Source: Octopus sinensis
Taxonomy: Eukaryota
DNA length: 64,000 nt
Reading direction: 5' to 3'
NCBI RefSeq assembly: GCF_006345805.1
Contig: NC_042998.1
Coordinates: forward strand, 163,742,001-163,806,000
In this document: positions 38,282 to 51,040 of the stretch, piece by piece
How the letters are laid out: each line of letters starts with the position of its first letter
Position numbering within the stretch: the first letter of the stretch is position 1
Notes under the pieces: model-generated
Databases searched by the model: none
What the model was told of the DNA's origin: nothing
The model's input: the letters and a program-made list of their open reading frames with translations, nothing else
Translations under genes and position numbers: made by a program

Positions 38282-40869
38282 TAATGAATTATAGAACAAT
38301 CCGGAAATGAATCAGAGACAGTTTGTCTATTACAAGATATTGCAAAACGTATTCTTGACACAGTTTATATTTATATTTAAAAAAAAAAAGAAAAAAAAAC
38401 ATAAGCATATTTCCAGCAAAGCTTTTCCATTAAGCTCAAAAAGCAATCTGATACCTCACTCCCCATACACACATGCACTGCCACCCTACACATTCCTTCT
38501 TTCTTCAAAATTAAAATCTACTCTGCTGGTCTTAATGGATCTAACACATGCTGGCAAACTTAAGAACGGATAATAAAATAACATAACAACACAATGAAAA
38601 GAGATTGAGCTATTCATAATTATTGGAATTATGATATATCTCTTCATATTTTATATATTCATTGATAAAATGTAATGAATTTATTTGCTTTTATCGTTAT
38701 TGATTGACTTAGTTAATCAATAATAAAGCTTTATTAGTTGAGGTGATGATGATGGTTGTGGGCTGGGATGGCACATGTACGTTATATCAATGTTTGTGAG
38801 TTCATACTTTGCTATACATAAACTGCTTTACTTTTTTTTTTCTTTTATTATTTTTGTGAAATTTCACTAATGAGGAAGTGGGGGTGGGGGTTGCATTGGT
38901 TCTTATCAACTGGAGAAACAGAGATGGCTTAATGATGACAGAGAATGAGTTCAGAGCGGAGTGGAGGAAAAGTACAGAGGAAGATGGGATTGATCAATGT
39001 TTAGAGCAGGGCAGTGTTTCCCAATTTATTTTCCTCCAGGCCACACTATAATTTTACTGAAAAATGTCTGCCCCACCAGCAGTTGAGAAAAAATAAAAAC
39101 TTTATTTTTAATATTTTATCACAGTTGTCTAATTCAAAAGAATCTACCTGTGACCCTTTTTATTAAGTACTGCAGAAGAAAAAAAGTACATAGTTGACTA
39201 AGAAAAAAGTATATATATATCATCATCATCGTTTAGGTTGGACGATTTTGACTGAGGGCTGGCGAACCAGATGGCTGCACCAGGCTCCAATCTTTATCTG
39301 GCAGAGTTTCTACAGCTGGATGCCCTTCCTAACGCCAACCAGTCCGAGAGTGTAGCAGATGCTTTTTACATGCCACCGTCACGGGGGGGCCAGTCAGGCA
39401 GTACTGGAAATAACCTCACTCGAATCTTTTTACACATGCCACCAGCACAGGTGCCAGTATGGCACCTGTGCTGGCTATATATATATATATACCCAGGCCT
39501 ATTCTCCATTTTTTAGGAGTGGGTAGACACAAGACACATGCCAGGCATTCCATTCATTTCCCAGCTCAAAGACGCGAGCCCCATTCTCTGCTCAGGTCAA
39601 GGCATAGAACGCAACCCCCAATATCAGCAGCAGGGCCCAACAGCATATGCTGGTTTACCCCCACCACATCATGCTGGTGCCATATCCCTTTGAGCAACAT
39701 CAAATTCACTCATCCGTCCACAAGCACTCTCCAAGCTTTCCTATCATTTATAAACTCTCTTGACTCTCTCACTCTAACACCTCTAACCACCAAAGCTTTC
39801 CTCACTCCATCCATCCACACAAACTGAGGTCTGCCTCTGGTTCTACTTGCCTACCACTTCTGCCTTGTGAACCTCTTTAATGAGAACCTTGTGCCTGGTG
39901 ACAATGGCAGATTTCCTTGATTCAAGGAGAGTTTTGCTAGCTTTGGCTGTAGCATCAGAATTGTGCTATACTGTAGCAAGCAGTCTTCACACAGTGTGCT
40001 TGGCTGGAGCAATCAGTTTGGTTAGGTTGAGTATATATGTAGCACATTTGCTGTGTAAAAGAGAATTTCTCAGTTCCATCATCATCATTATCCTCATCAT
40101 CATCAATTAGCATCTTCTTTCTATGCTGGCATGGGTTGATCGGTTTGACATGGAACTGACTAGCAGGGAGATGTCCAGACTTCAATTGTCAGTTGTGGCA
40201 TGATTGCATTAACGCAGCACCAGCACAGGTGCTTTTTAAATGGTACCAACACCTGAAAGGACAAGCCTGTATGTGTGGAAAACAGAAATTTTACTCAGCT
40301 TGATGTATCTTATCAAGTACAGCAAATCGCAACATCTCCTGGTCCCTTGTCACACTAAAATAAAAATAAAAGAATTTTGGATTCCACATCTGGCTTGGCT
40401 TCATGCTCTTGCTTGATGGCACCAGGGTCACACAAACACACACAGATATATATACATATACATATATACGACAGGCTTCTTTCAGTTTCCGTCTACCAAA
40501 TCCACTCACAAGGCTTTGGTCGGCCTGAGGCTATAGTAGAAGACACTTGCCCAAGGTGCTACACAGTGGGACTGAACCCGGAACCATGTGGTTGGTAAGC
40601 AAGCTACTTACCACACAGCCACTCCTGCACCTTATAATGTTTTTAATTTTCCAGTTGTTTTAGCAATTAGTCAATGAATCTTCTAAATTTAATTAGTTTT
40701 TAATCAAGTCCTCAAAATTTTCATTTGCATCTTGATATCTCCATCCACAACTTAATATAAGCCCAGTTTTGACTGAATAAAAGTGTTCTATTTTCTAAGG
40801 AATTTTCCTATTGCTAAAATTTATTGTTGTATGAGATGTTGAAATTTGTTTGTTTACATTGCTAGTTAG

Positions 40870-40928
40870 GGATATCCTCATCAGCAAAGCAAGGCAATCT
40901 GCTCTTCTTCTGTCAAAGGAATAAAAAG
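40870..40928 (+). CDS. Possible exon upstream of exon A: GYPHQQSKAICSSSVKGIK(R)
   Basis: ttag acceptor after a T-rich tract, AAG|gtttgc donor; ends in phase 2 (AG), completing AGA with exon A. Short, weak donor. Confidence 0.35.
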
Positions 40929-41723
40929 GTTTGCTTCCCCTGTATAGCATGTTTCTATGGAATATGCATTGATGAAATGTATGACTTAGTTTGCAAATTG
41001 TAATCATTGTACAAATAAATTATGTTGTAGTACCTAATTATTTAAGAGTTTTGAATAAGAAACCTTATTTCTACATCAGTGACGCATACAAGATTAATAT
41101 TGAAATATCTGTTTCAGAATTTCCTTTGTAAGATTGCTTATATGCTTATTACACTGTGTAACAAAAATTTTGTGTGTGTGTGTTTTTTTTTTTGTTTTTT
41201 TTGTCTTTAGTCAGTAAGGGTTATTTTCTGTTTGCTTCTATTTAGAAATCAAATGGAATGGCTACAATTCCCTGAAAAAACTGCTTTTATGACTTGGACA
41301 TCAATGTTTTAAAACTGACTTATTTTCAATTACATTTCAGACAGATTCAGTGCTGAATTGCCAAAGCAGAAATATTTCTAAAACAAATATTCTGCTCAGT
41401 ACCACAGATTCACTTGTCAGTTGCTTGACCATGACCACTTGAGCAAGTCCCTTAGTGGCTGAAAATATGTGCATCTCTGATCATGTGTAGAAGTAGTGTG
41501 GGAGCATCATAGCTGTGTGTTTGAATAAATGTAACAAAAGAAAAGTTTGAAGGAAATATAACCATTTTTCATATTTTCTAAGGGTAACCAACTAAGAAAT
41601 ACTAGTGGCTACCAAGGGCAAAAGTCGTGTTATACAGTGTTGTCGTAACAAACATGATGTGCCGTGTTTTAAATGCTTGTGGTTTTACTTTGTCATCTTA
41701 ATAACAATGATTCTTCTTTACAG

Positions 41724-41817
41724 ATTAAAGCAGAGACTTCATCAAGAAGTAAATCAAGTTCAGAAACTTGAGCAACAACTAAGGGCTAGAGAAAATGTCC
41801 AGAGCTCATCAGAACAA
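41724..41817 (+). CDS. Internal exon A of an unidentified coiled-coil protein gene: (R)LKQRLHQEVNQVQKLEQQLRARENVQSSSEQ
   Basis: Acceptor ttcttctttacag, donor CAA|gtaagc; phase 2 to 0; heptad-like L/Q/E/K composition; phase matches exon B. Confidence 0.8.
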
Positions 41818-43517
41818 GTAAGCCCTTAGTTAATTCTACTGAAAGTTCTATAGTTAAATTAACCAAACTTATCATGCGCCTTTATTGTTTCATTTTCATA
41901 TAATCATGTAGTTGTTAGGACTTTAGTATTAAAATCAAGATGGCAAGATGGAAAAATTGTTAGCATGCTGGGGAAAATGCTTAGCAGCATTTTGTCTGTT
42001 TTTTACATTCTGGGTTCAAATTCCACCAAGGTCAGCTTTTCCTTTTGTCCTTTTGGGTTCAGTAAAATAAGTACCAGCTCAGCACTGGGGGCAATGTAAT
42101 CGATTTACCCTCACCCCACTCCCAAAATTACTGGCCTTGCACCAAAATTTGAAATCAATATTACATTTGACTACGTTGATCTCTAACTCCTAAAAGATGA
42201 GCTATCAGTTGGATTATTATATATTTTTTATTTATGCGACCTTTTCAAGCCTAGCCAGGCTCATGGGTCCGGTTTCTGTGGCGTATGTGTTCCCACCCAC
42301 CCACCCCAGCTGGACAGGACGCCAGTCCATCACAGTGTTACTCAAGAGACAGGAAGAGAGAGTGAGAGAAAGTTGGGGTGAAAGAGTACAACAGGGGTTG
42401 TCACCACCCCCTGCCAGAGCCTCGTGGAGCTTTAGGTGTTTTCACTCAATAAACACACACAATGCCCTCGTCTGGGAATCGAAACCACGATTCTCTGACT
42501 GCAAGTCCGCTGCCCTAACCACTGGCCCATTGCGCCTCATCAGTTGGATTATAATAAATATAATTTTTCTATAGGTTTTATTCCACCTATATTGCAGTTT
42601 CTAGGTCCTAGTTATCATGTGCATGTGTGTATATGGTTTAGTTTCCTTGAATATACACTTTGTTCTTCATGGTTACGGAAAAGGCACAAGCATGGCTGTG
42701 TGGTTAACACACTCACTTTACAGGTAGATTGTTCTTTGTTTTTCCTCCTGCTGCACAGCAGCTTAGGTGAGTGCCGTAACTTTGACTTACCATCAAAGCC
42801 TTGAAAGTAAATTTTGGTAGAGGTAACTATGGGTTCTCATTACACACACACATACATTGATAGACAGGTACATAGATATAAATATGGATGTGTACAGTAG
42901 TGCTTGAGGATATATAGAGCCACTCCAGTGGAACAAACCTGTGATCAAAAGCAATCCAGTCATGACCATCCCATCTTTTTATATATTAAAAACTACACTG
43001 ACTGATGTTAGGGTGTAATTTGATGGAAATTTGTTGTTATTTCTAGCAAATCCAGCAGTCATGTGGAGGCTTTATTGGCAGTTCAAAAGCACCAAGTTAG
43101 AAGTAGATGTACTGTTGTTATTTGTTCAGCATGTCTGGTTGTGATAAAGTAAATTGTTAGATTGTCTTTCCCTTATCTGGGGACAATTCTTGAGTATCAA
43201 GCTGATCTCCTCACTCAGAGTTGGTGACAAAATATCACCAGGCATTTGTTTATTTCTTTATTTAGTTTTTTAGGTAAGGTGATTTTAATAAATCAAGAAT
43301 TTATCAATTTATCCTGTATTTAACATACCTTTATTTATATTTGTAGTCCAAGCCCATGTTAGTTTTTTTTCCTATTAATCTGTATACATAAATATACATA
43401 TACATACACACATAAAACCACTACGCTCATAAACATACATGCATGCGTATATACAAATATACATATGTACATGCAAACTAACAGACAAACAGACAAACAG
43501 TTATGTGTATATACATA

Positions 43518-44008
43518 CTAGCAGGACCCGTGAATATTTCACAGAATTAATGGTAAACTTATTGGGTTATTTCTGAAAACTTTATCAAAAAAAAACCTAA
43601 AAGCATAGCCTGTGTTGTGTTTGTATCAAAAGATTGTCGTTCATCTGCTAATCATTGACAAGTGAAGGAAATTGGAATACGATGATTACTTAATGCATGT
43701 ACAATTTTATAGACTTAATACACAATACTCTCCCTCTTTCTCTCTCACTCTTCACCTTACCCTCTTTTTCTCTCACCATTTTCTTTCACTTCTCTCCTTT
43801 TCCTTCTAATCATGTGAAAGTGTTACAGACAGGCTAAGTAATGGAAGGAAAAAAACAGTACTAAAAAAAATTACGCATTTCACTCACCACCACTTCTCTC
43901 TCCCCTCCCCCTCATTTCCCCCTCTTCCCCATCCCCCCTTCAACTAATCACATGAAAATGTTACGAATGGGCTAAGTAATAGAGTGACAAGCAGAATTAT
44001 TATAAGAT
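43518..44008. mobile_element. Possible Helitron/Helentron-type non-autonomous element
   Basis: Starts actagcaggacccg and ends attataagat, termini recalled from invertebrate rolling-circle-derived elements; internal direct repeat ctaatca..tgaaa.tgttac...ggctaagtaat at 43806 and 43944. Confidence 0.35.
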
Positions 44009-44090
44009 ATATCAGTCTGCCATGATCTATTGCCCAGCCTTCTCCTTTCATTCTCCAAGACTTCATCTAACTGCATCATTCCACCTTCAG

Positions 44091-44182
44091 AAACTGCCAA
44101 ATCATGATTCTGACTCCAAGCAAGTTGTGCCCGAAAAGCTCAATGCAGACAACAATGGAAAGGCTTCTAACAGTCCTCATAG
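44091..44182 (+). CDS. Internal exon B: KLPNHDSDSKQVVPEKLNADNNGKASNSPH(R)
   Basis: Acceptor cattccaccttcag, donor AG|gtaagc; phase 0 to 2; open and compatible with both neighbours. Confidence 0.75.
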
Positions 44183-45221
44183 GTAAGCTAATAATTTTTC
44201 TTGAATTATACCATCCCTGTGTAAATGTGTGTTGTTTATATTACAGTAACTTGCATTGCTTCAAATGCTTTTCTAGAAACTATCTTCTCTACAGCAAAAC
44301 CCCTGTGCCTGTTCATCTATCATCCTTTGTCTTCCTACGCCTAACATAAAGTCACCGCCCACTTATGAGCCCAGGAACATGAAATGCAGGGGGTGCAAGT
44401 GCACCTCCTAAAATTTTTGTGGGAATGCAAAATCAAAATTTGCATCCATACTTAATTTTCTCATGTTTAGAAAACAGTGCATAAAAAGTGATCTGTAAAA
44501 AGTAACTCAAAGACAGATTTCTTCTCAAAGAACAAAAATAAATAAAAAAATAAATAAAACCTTGTTTGTAAAAAATTTTGGACCTGAGTTTGCATCCCCT
44601 AAGCAAATTTCAGTCCCAATCCAATGTTTCCTCTCTGCTACAAACCCATTTGTTCTAGGATCTTTTCTTTGTCTTGTAAGTTACTTGGTGACCTCACTAG
44701 CGCCAATGTCTTGAAGAAAAGCATTCAATATACTCTGTAAATTGATTGGAGTTAGGAATAGCATCTAGTCATAAAAACCATGTCAAGAGGGCATTGAAGT
44801 TCAGTACAGTTCACCAGCTTAGCTTCTCAGATCCATCTCATGCCAGCATGATAGACAGATGTTAAATGAGTGAGATGGAAATTATAAAAACTAAAATGTG
44901 TTTGTCAACATATATTTTGGTACTATTTTCCTTCATTTATGGATCCTTTGATGACTGTACATTCCAATTATGTTCCAGTCCTTAATGTCCAGCTTCAGTC
45001 ACTGATGGTACAATTCTGTTTCTCTTAGTTAAGTTGCACTTACATGACATTGATCAACCCATAGGTTTAGTAGACAGTATTTGCCCAAGACAGTATGCAA
45101 TAGTATTGAACTCAGAACCACATAGAAGCTGAGGGAATCTCTTAATGACTGAGCTTGACCTACATCCATCTATTTGTAGAATTTACCAAAAATCTAGACT
45201 TTTAGAAAGTTTTGATGGTTT

Positions 45222-45590
45222 ATCTTTTCTTTTACTTGTTTCAGTCATTAGACTGTGGCCATGCTGGGGCATCATCTTGAAGAACTTTTAGCTGAATGAA
45301 TCAATCCTGCTACTTATTTTTTAAAGCCTCATACTCATTCTATCAGTCTCTTCTGTTGAACTGCTAAGTTACAAGGGACACCAACACTGATTGTCAAGTA
45401 GTGGCAGGGGACGAACACAGATACAAAGACACACACACAAAGATATATAAAACAGGTTTCTTTTAGTTTCTGTCTACCAAATCCACTCACGAGGCTTTGG
45501 TCAGCCTGAGGCTATAGTAGAAGACTCTTGCCTAAGGTGTAACACAGTGGGACTGAACCTGGAACCATGTGGTTAGGAAGCAAGCTTCTT
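45222..45590 (-). mobile_element. SINE family A
   Basis: Reverse complement of the family consensus. Confidence 0.85.
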
Positions 45591-45737
45591 TAGAATATTT
45601 TTTTTAATCAAATTTTCAATTTTGAAGATGTATTTGCCTGGAAAGTGATTTGATTTGAGACTGTCTGTTTAAACTAAAGCAATTTACAATTTGTAAGACA
45701 CATATTAACCATTAAAAATACACAAAACTGTTAACTT

Positions 45738-45893
45738 CACTTAAAGATTTATTATTTGGTGCCAGCATTTTTGTTGTACCAATTATGACCTGGTCACTGA
45801 CAAGGTTCCACTGTAACAGGAGGTCGGTGTCACTGACCTGGTCACAATTAGTGCAACAAAAATTTTGAACCAAATAATAAAAGCTTTTGAGTG
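45738..45893. repeat. Degenerate inverted repeat, MITE-like
   Basis: tttattatttggt..ttttgttgtaccaattatgacctggtcactgaca / tgtcactgacctggtcacaattagtgcaacaaaa..accaaataataaa. Confidence 0.7.
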
Positions 45894-46023
45894 GCTTCTA
45901 TGTTGTAATTATTTTGAATTTTCAATATTTTTTCCTTTTGTTTTTTTTTTTATTTTAATGCTTCATGTAATTTTTTTTTCTCCAAAAGTCATTATAGATT
46001 TTCTTGAATAATTATACATTTAG

Positions 46024-46207
46024 ATCACTTGGGTCATCTCCAGCATCTCCAAAATCTCCAAACAATATCGTTGAGTCTTGGCCTCTTCATACATCACTGT
46101 CAGAGCCTTGTCTACCACAAAAATTATCTCTTAATCATTCAGGTAATGGTTTAAACAATGTTCCTGAAATCTCTGAATCATCTTCATCTGCCGGGAATAT
46201 CAAAACG
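46024..46207 (+). CDS. Internal exon C, Ser/Pro-rich: SLGSSPASPKSPNNIVESWPLHTSLSEPCLPQKLSLNHSGNGLNNVPEISESSSSAGNIKT
   Basis: Acceptor tacatttag after a T-rich tract, donor ACG|gttagt; phase 2 to 0; lies in ORF 46004-46282. Confidence 0.8.
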
Positions 46208-46266
46208 GTTAGTATTTCTTTGAATAAAACCAAACATGTTAAATGCAAGATATATATATATATATA

Positions 46267-47060
46267 TCAGGTCATCCCATAAGTTCTGTCCGAATTTTGA
46301 ATAAAGAAAACAAGTGGTCAAATGTTATATTTAATTGAAATTTAATCATCAGTGTACTTTCCCTAATTATCTTTGACTTACTTCCATCTATTTACAAGCT
46401 TTTTAATCCCATCAATGTAAAACTCTTTTGGTTTCAAAGCAAAGCACTCTGAAAGTTCAGTTTCGACCTCCTCCTCACTTGCAAAAGTTATGTGCCCCAA
46501 ATGATTCTGTAAACTACGAAACAAATGGTAATCTGAAGGAGCAAGGTCAGGAGAATAAGGTGGATGAGGAATTTTTTCCCAACCAAGCTCTTCAATCTTC
46601 TGTGATGTGATCTTTGCAGTGTGGGGTCACACATTGTCCTGATGAAACATCACTTCTTTTTGATTCACTAAAGCGGGTCTTTTTTTCTTCAAAGCTTTGT
46701 TCAAACACACTAATTGCTGACAGTAGACTTGAGCATTGATTGCTACATTAGGTAGTAACAATTCAAAGTGAATTACTCCTTTACAATCCCACAAGATAGA
46801 GAGAAGAACTTTTTTTCCATGAAGTTCCCTTCTCGGTTGTAGTTGAGCTTTTTCCTTTTTACCAAGCCACTGTTTACGACGTTTAATATTTTTCATTACC
46901 AGTCACAAGTCTATCCAAAATGGGTGAAATGAGTTCGTGAGAATGGAGAGAAGAGCAGATGTCAACTTGGAATTTGCAGTTGCTTTCAGACAATTTATGA
47001 GGCACCTATTTTCCAAGTTTAGGAACCTTTCCAAGTTGTTGAAGATGACGATAAGCAGTC
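46267..47060 (-). mobile_element. 5'-truncated mariner (DD34D) transposase pseudogene inside the exon C-D intron
   Basis: Minus strand reads (W/stop)VPHKL, KKVLLSILWDCKGVIHFELL, HQDNV*PH, HPPYSPDLAPSDYHLF; 34 residues between the last two Asp; one TIR tcaggtcatcccataagttc after TA. Confidence 0.92.
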
Positions 47061-47099
47061 TAATTTTTCTCTAAGATTTATTTCTCAATGTTTGTTCAG

Positions 47100-47283
47100 G
47101 TGGTGGTACATAGCTACATAAAGGGTGATGCCAAAGCTCGAGGCGGAGTTTCACAGCTGAAGCAGCCTAAACTCAAACTGGGAAGCTGCAATATGAAAAC
47201 CAATGTTACACAGTGCAAAAGAAACTATTCTGAACCTGGTGGAAAAGTTATCAGATCCAAACCTCATGTGGCTATACAAAAAG
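47100..47283 (+). CDS. Internal exon D: VVVHSYIKGDAKARGGVSQLKQPKLKLGSCNMKTNVTQCKRNYSEPGGKVIRSKPHVAIQK
   Basis: Acceptor tgtttgttcag, donor AAG|gtaaat; phase 0 to 1; lies in ORF 47088-47321. Confidence 0.8.
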
Positions 47284-48177
47284 GTAAATTCAGTCCATTT
47301 GTTCAAAAAGTGACTTCATAAATGAGTGATATTATTAATTTTTTTGTGGGGAGTGGTGATATTTGCTTCATTTCATTTTCTTTCATTTGCTGTGTGGCCT
47401 TTCATCCTTTCAGGGTTGATAAATTAAGTAAGAGTTACGCACTGGGATCTATGTAATCGACTTAATCCCTTTGTCTGTTCTTGTTTATCCCCTCTATGTT
47501 TAGCCCCTTGTGGGCAATAACGAAATAAGAAGCTTGCTTCCCAGCCTCATAGTTCATCTTAGGCAAGTGTCTTCTACTCTTGCCTCAAGCTGACCAAAGC
47601 TTTGTGAGTGGACTAGATAGTCAGAAACTGAAAGAAGCTTGTCGTATACAGGTAATGAGAGGCGAATGGGAAATATAGAACTCAAAATATGAATATTAGT
47701 ATATTTTTATTAATACTTAGCAGAAACAACAGAGTAACTCAAAGGCGAGTTTCGAATGATTACATTTGACAGAGTAATCTGAATGCTAAAAGCTTAATCC
47801 TTTTGAGTTGATTGGTCAAAACTATTAGGTCAAGCTTTATGTGCTAGATAGAAACCACAGCTAATCTCTCCAATAACATCTCTATTTTTCCTTGTCCATT
47901 AAGATTCGTATAATTTCTACAGAATTCTAAATGACATACATTTTTTCCCCTCATTTTAAATCTATTATTATAGATAGGTTTTGTCTCTAATGTATATCTG
48001 TTGTTGCTGTAGTTAGCCCTGGGCCAGTCCTGCTCAGCAATATCATATAATCAAACTGTTACCAGTTGTGACCATCACTTCTTAAAATGCAAATGGAATT
48101 ATACTAGAGGCTCCTTCTTTTATTACAAATACTTTTCCTCTGCATACACAAACATAAAGCATGCAGTCAATTGTATT

Positions 48178-48580
48178 CTTTGTTTTTACTCTTTTACTTG
48201 TTTCAGTCATTTGACTGTAGCCATGCTGGAGCACCACCTTTAATCGAGCAAATCCACCCCAGGACTTATTCTTTGTAAGCCTAGTACTTATTATATCAGT
48301 CTCTTTTGCTGAACTGCTAAATTATGGGGATGTAAACACACCAGCATCAGTTGTCAAGCAATGCTGGGTGGACAAACACAGACACACAAACATACACACA
48401 CACACATATATATATACATATATACAACAGGCTTCCTTCAGTATCCATCTACCAAATCCACTCAAGGGTTTGGTCAGCCTAAGGCTATAGTAAAAGACAC
48501 TTGACCATGGTGCCACGCAGTGGAACTGAACCCGGAACCATGTAGTTCATAAGCAAGCTACTTACCGCACAGCCACTCCT
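48178..48580 (-). mobile_element. SINE family A, full length
   Basis: Reverse complement of the family consensus. Confidence 0.88.
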
Positions 48581-50079
48581 CAAGAAATTACAGTGTTTAA
48601 ACAATTCTCTTTTTCTGGACTATAGTATCCCTCAAGCTGCAAAAAAAAAGAAGCCAAAAAAAGCAGCCAGACCTTACTCATATCATATTCTTCTGTCTTA
48701 AAATGAAGAACCCAGTAGATAGTGAAACCCTAGATACATTATGCATGAAATAAGAAAATGAGATGGTCATTCCTCGATTGTCATTATCATCGTCATCATC
48801 ATTGTTTTAATGTCTACTTTTCCATTCTTGCATGGATCAGATTATGGTACTTTGGGGTAGAGGTTTCTATGGTCATATGCTCTTCTTGGCACCAATTCCC
48901 ACCTGTGTTCAAGCATGGTAATAATCTCCCAGCTTATGAGCCCTAGTGACATGCAATTAGACTGAACCAAAAATCAAATAGTTGGAAAGTGAACTTAACC
49001 ACATAGCCATACCTACACCTACAATAACAGTATCATCATCATCATCATTTAGTGTCCGTTTTACCATGCTGGCATGGGTTGGATGGTTTAAATGGATCTG
49101 GTAAGACTGGGGGCCGCACCAGGCTCCATTGTCTGTTCTGGTTTAGTTTCTACAGCTGGATGCCTTTCCAAATGCCAACCACTCCACAGAGTATACTGGG
49201 TGCTTTTAATGTGGCACCATCACTGGTATCAATTCTGCTGTCATGGACAGGTCTTCTCAGTTCAACAATGCACCAGATATCTCAGTCCTTAGTCATCTCC
49301 TTCATAAGGCTCAATGTCTTGAGATCAGCCTTCAATACTTTGTCCCATGTCTTCCTGGGTCTCCCTCTTCCACAAGTTCCATTCATTTTAAGTGATCATT
49401 TTAGTTACTAACTAGCTTAAAAGCTGCACTCCAAGTGGATTTTTAAGCTTGCTCCTGTGGAGGGCTAACTGGGCCTACAGCCCAAAACTAAAGAGTGCTA
49501 AATAGTATGACTATAATACATCTATAATGACTATATGCCCTGGTGGTGTTTGATTAAATGTTAAGGACAGATGAGAATTAATTCTGTAATGCAATCATTC
49601 TATTTTTCCAGTCCCAGTTTGAATTCCAGTTGTTGGCCAATTTGTCCCAAAGTTCTTATCTCAACATAAAATTAATGAAGCGAATATCATTTATCTCCCC
49701 CTTGATCACTGTCATCATCTGACAAACACCGACGAAGATGGTGTGAATCAGCAACCCAAATGCTTTAAAATTAGATCCCAATGCTAGATATTCAAGTACT
49801 AAACGAAGGGCTGATTTTCAATCCCAAGATCATCCTGATTCCGAAAAGGTATAATATGTCTAGCAAATGTAGACTGAAATATAGGGGTCCCAGATGGACA
49901 GAATTTTGCATTTATTATTATAGATACACTTTCAAACATATCAACGGCTATTGAGAAGTTACATTCTGTTGACAATCCTAAATAAAGGTGACACATACAA
50001 GTCAGTGTTAGAAATTGATTTATGAAGAAGAAATTGCTTTATTGATACTAAAATTCAAAACATCTTTCTTCCTTACCAG

Positions 50080-50213
50080 TGTATTTGCGAGATACCAGCA
50101 CATCACCAGTATCATTTACGACCAACAAAACAGGGTATACCTTCAGACCAGGGAATAGCAATCGACGTTTGGGGAAAAATGAAAAACCACGACTTTCAGA
50201 ATTACTCAAACAG
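50080..50213 (+). CDS. Internal exon E: (V)YLRDTSTSPVSFTTNKTGYTFRPGNSNRRLGKNEKPRLSELLKQ
   Basis: Acceptor ctttcttccttaccag, donor CAG|gtaaat; phase 1 to 0 links exons D and F. The 5' boundary is less certain (see findings). Confidence 0.7.
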
Positions 50214-50625
50214 GTAAATATATTCTTTACATAAACTACATTTTGTGAGTATGCGTATGTGTGTGATTTTTTAATTTTTTATTTTCTTATGCTTTTGATG
50301 CTTTTGCTCAGTTCAAATTCTGCCAAGGTCAACTTTGCCTTTCATCCTTTCAGGAGTCAATAAAATAAGTACCAGTTGAACACTGGGGTTGAAGTAATTG
50401 ACTTTCCCCTCTATTCAGAATTGCTGACTTTGTGCTAAAATAAGAAAGAATTATTATGCTGCTATTATGTAGCTTCCCTTTTGACTAGTTTTGATTAAGC
50501 AGATCTATGGTGAAATGTATTCCAGCTATGACCATCCAGTAATAGTTTGACGCAGAGTATATCTTACTGCATTGTAAAATATGCCCTTCATATTTTGAAA
50601 TGGTAGACACTTTGTGTTTTTGTAT

Positions 50626-51040
50626 AGGTGCAGCATGGTTGTGTGGTAAGAAGCTTGCTTTTCAACCTCATGGTTCTGGGTTCAGTCTCACTGCATGGCT
50701 CCTTGGGCAAGTGTCTTCTACTATAGCCTCAGGCCGACCAAACCCTTGTGAGTGGATTTGGTAGACGGAAACTGAAAGAAGCCCATCGTATATATATATA
50801 TATACATATGTGTGTGTGTGTGTATGTATATATTTGTGTGTGTGTCTGTGCTTGTCCCCCCACCATCGTTTGACAACCAATGTTGGAGTGTTTACATCCC
50901 CATAACTTAGTGGTTCGACTAAAGTGACCAATAGAATAAGTACTAGGCTTACAAAGAATAAGTCCTGGGGTTTATTTGTTTGACTAAAGGCAGTGCTCCA
51001 GCATGGCCACAGTCAAATGACTGAAACAAGTAAATGACTA
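50626..51040 (+). mobile_element. SINE family A, full length
   Basis: Same head, microsatellite core and tail. Confidence 0.88.

Noticed and set aside
40377-40598. Recurring peptide LLSVSVYQIHSQGFGRPEAIVEDTCPRC in many ORFs, resembling a gene family
   Set aside because: It is the antisense reading of the family A SINE head, not a protein.
46142-46148. Internal donor cag|gtaatg in exon C
   Set aside because: Phase 1 would hit TAG at the start of exon D, so 46207 is preferred.
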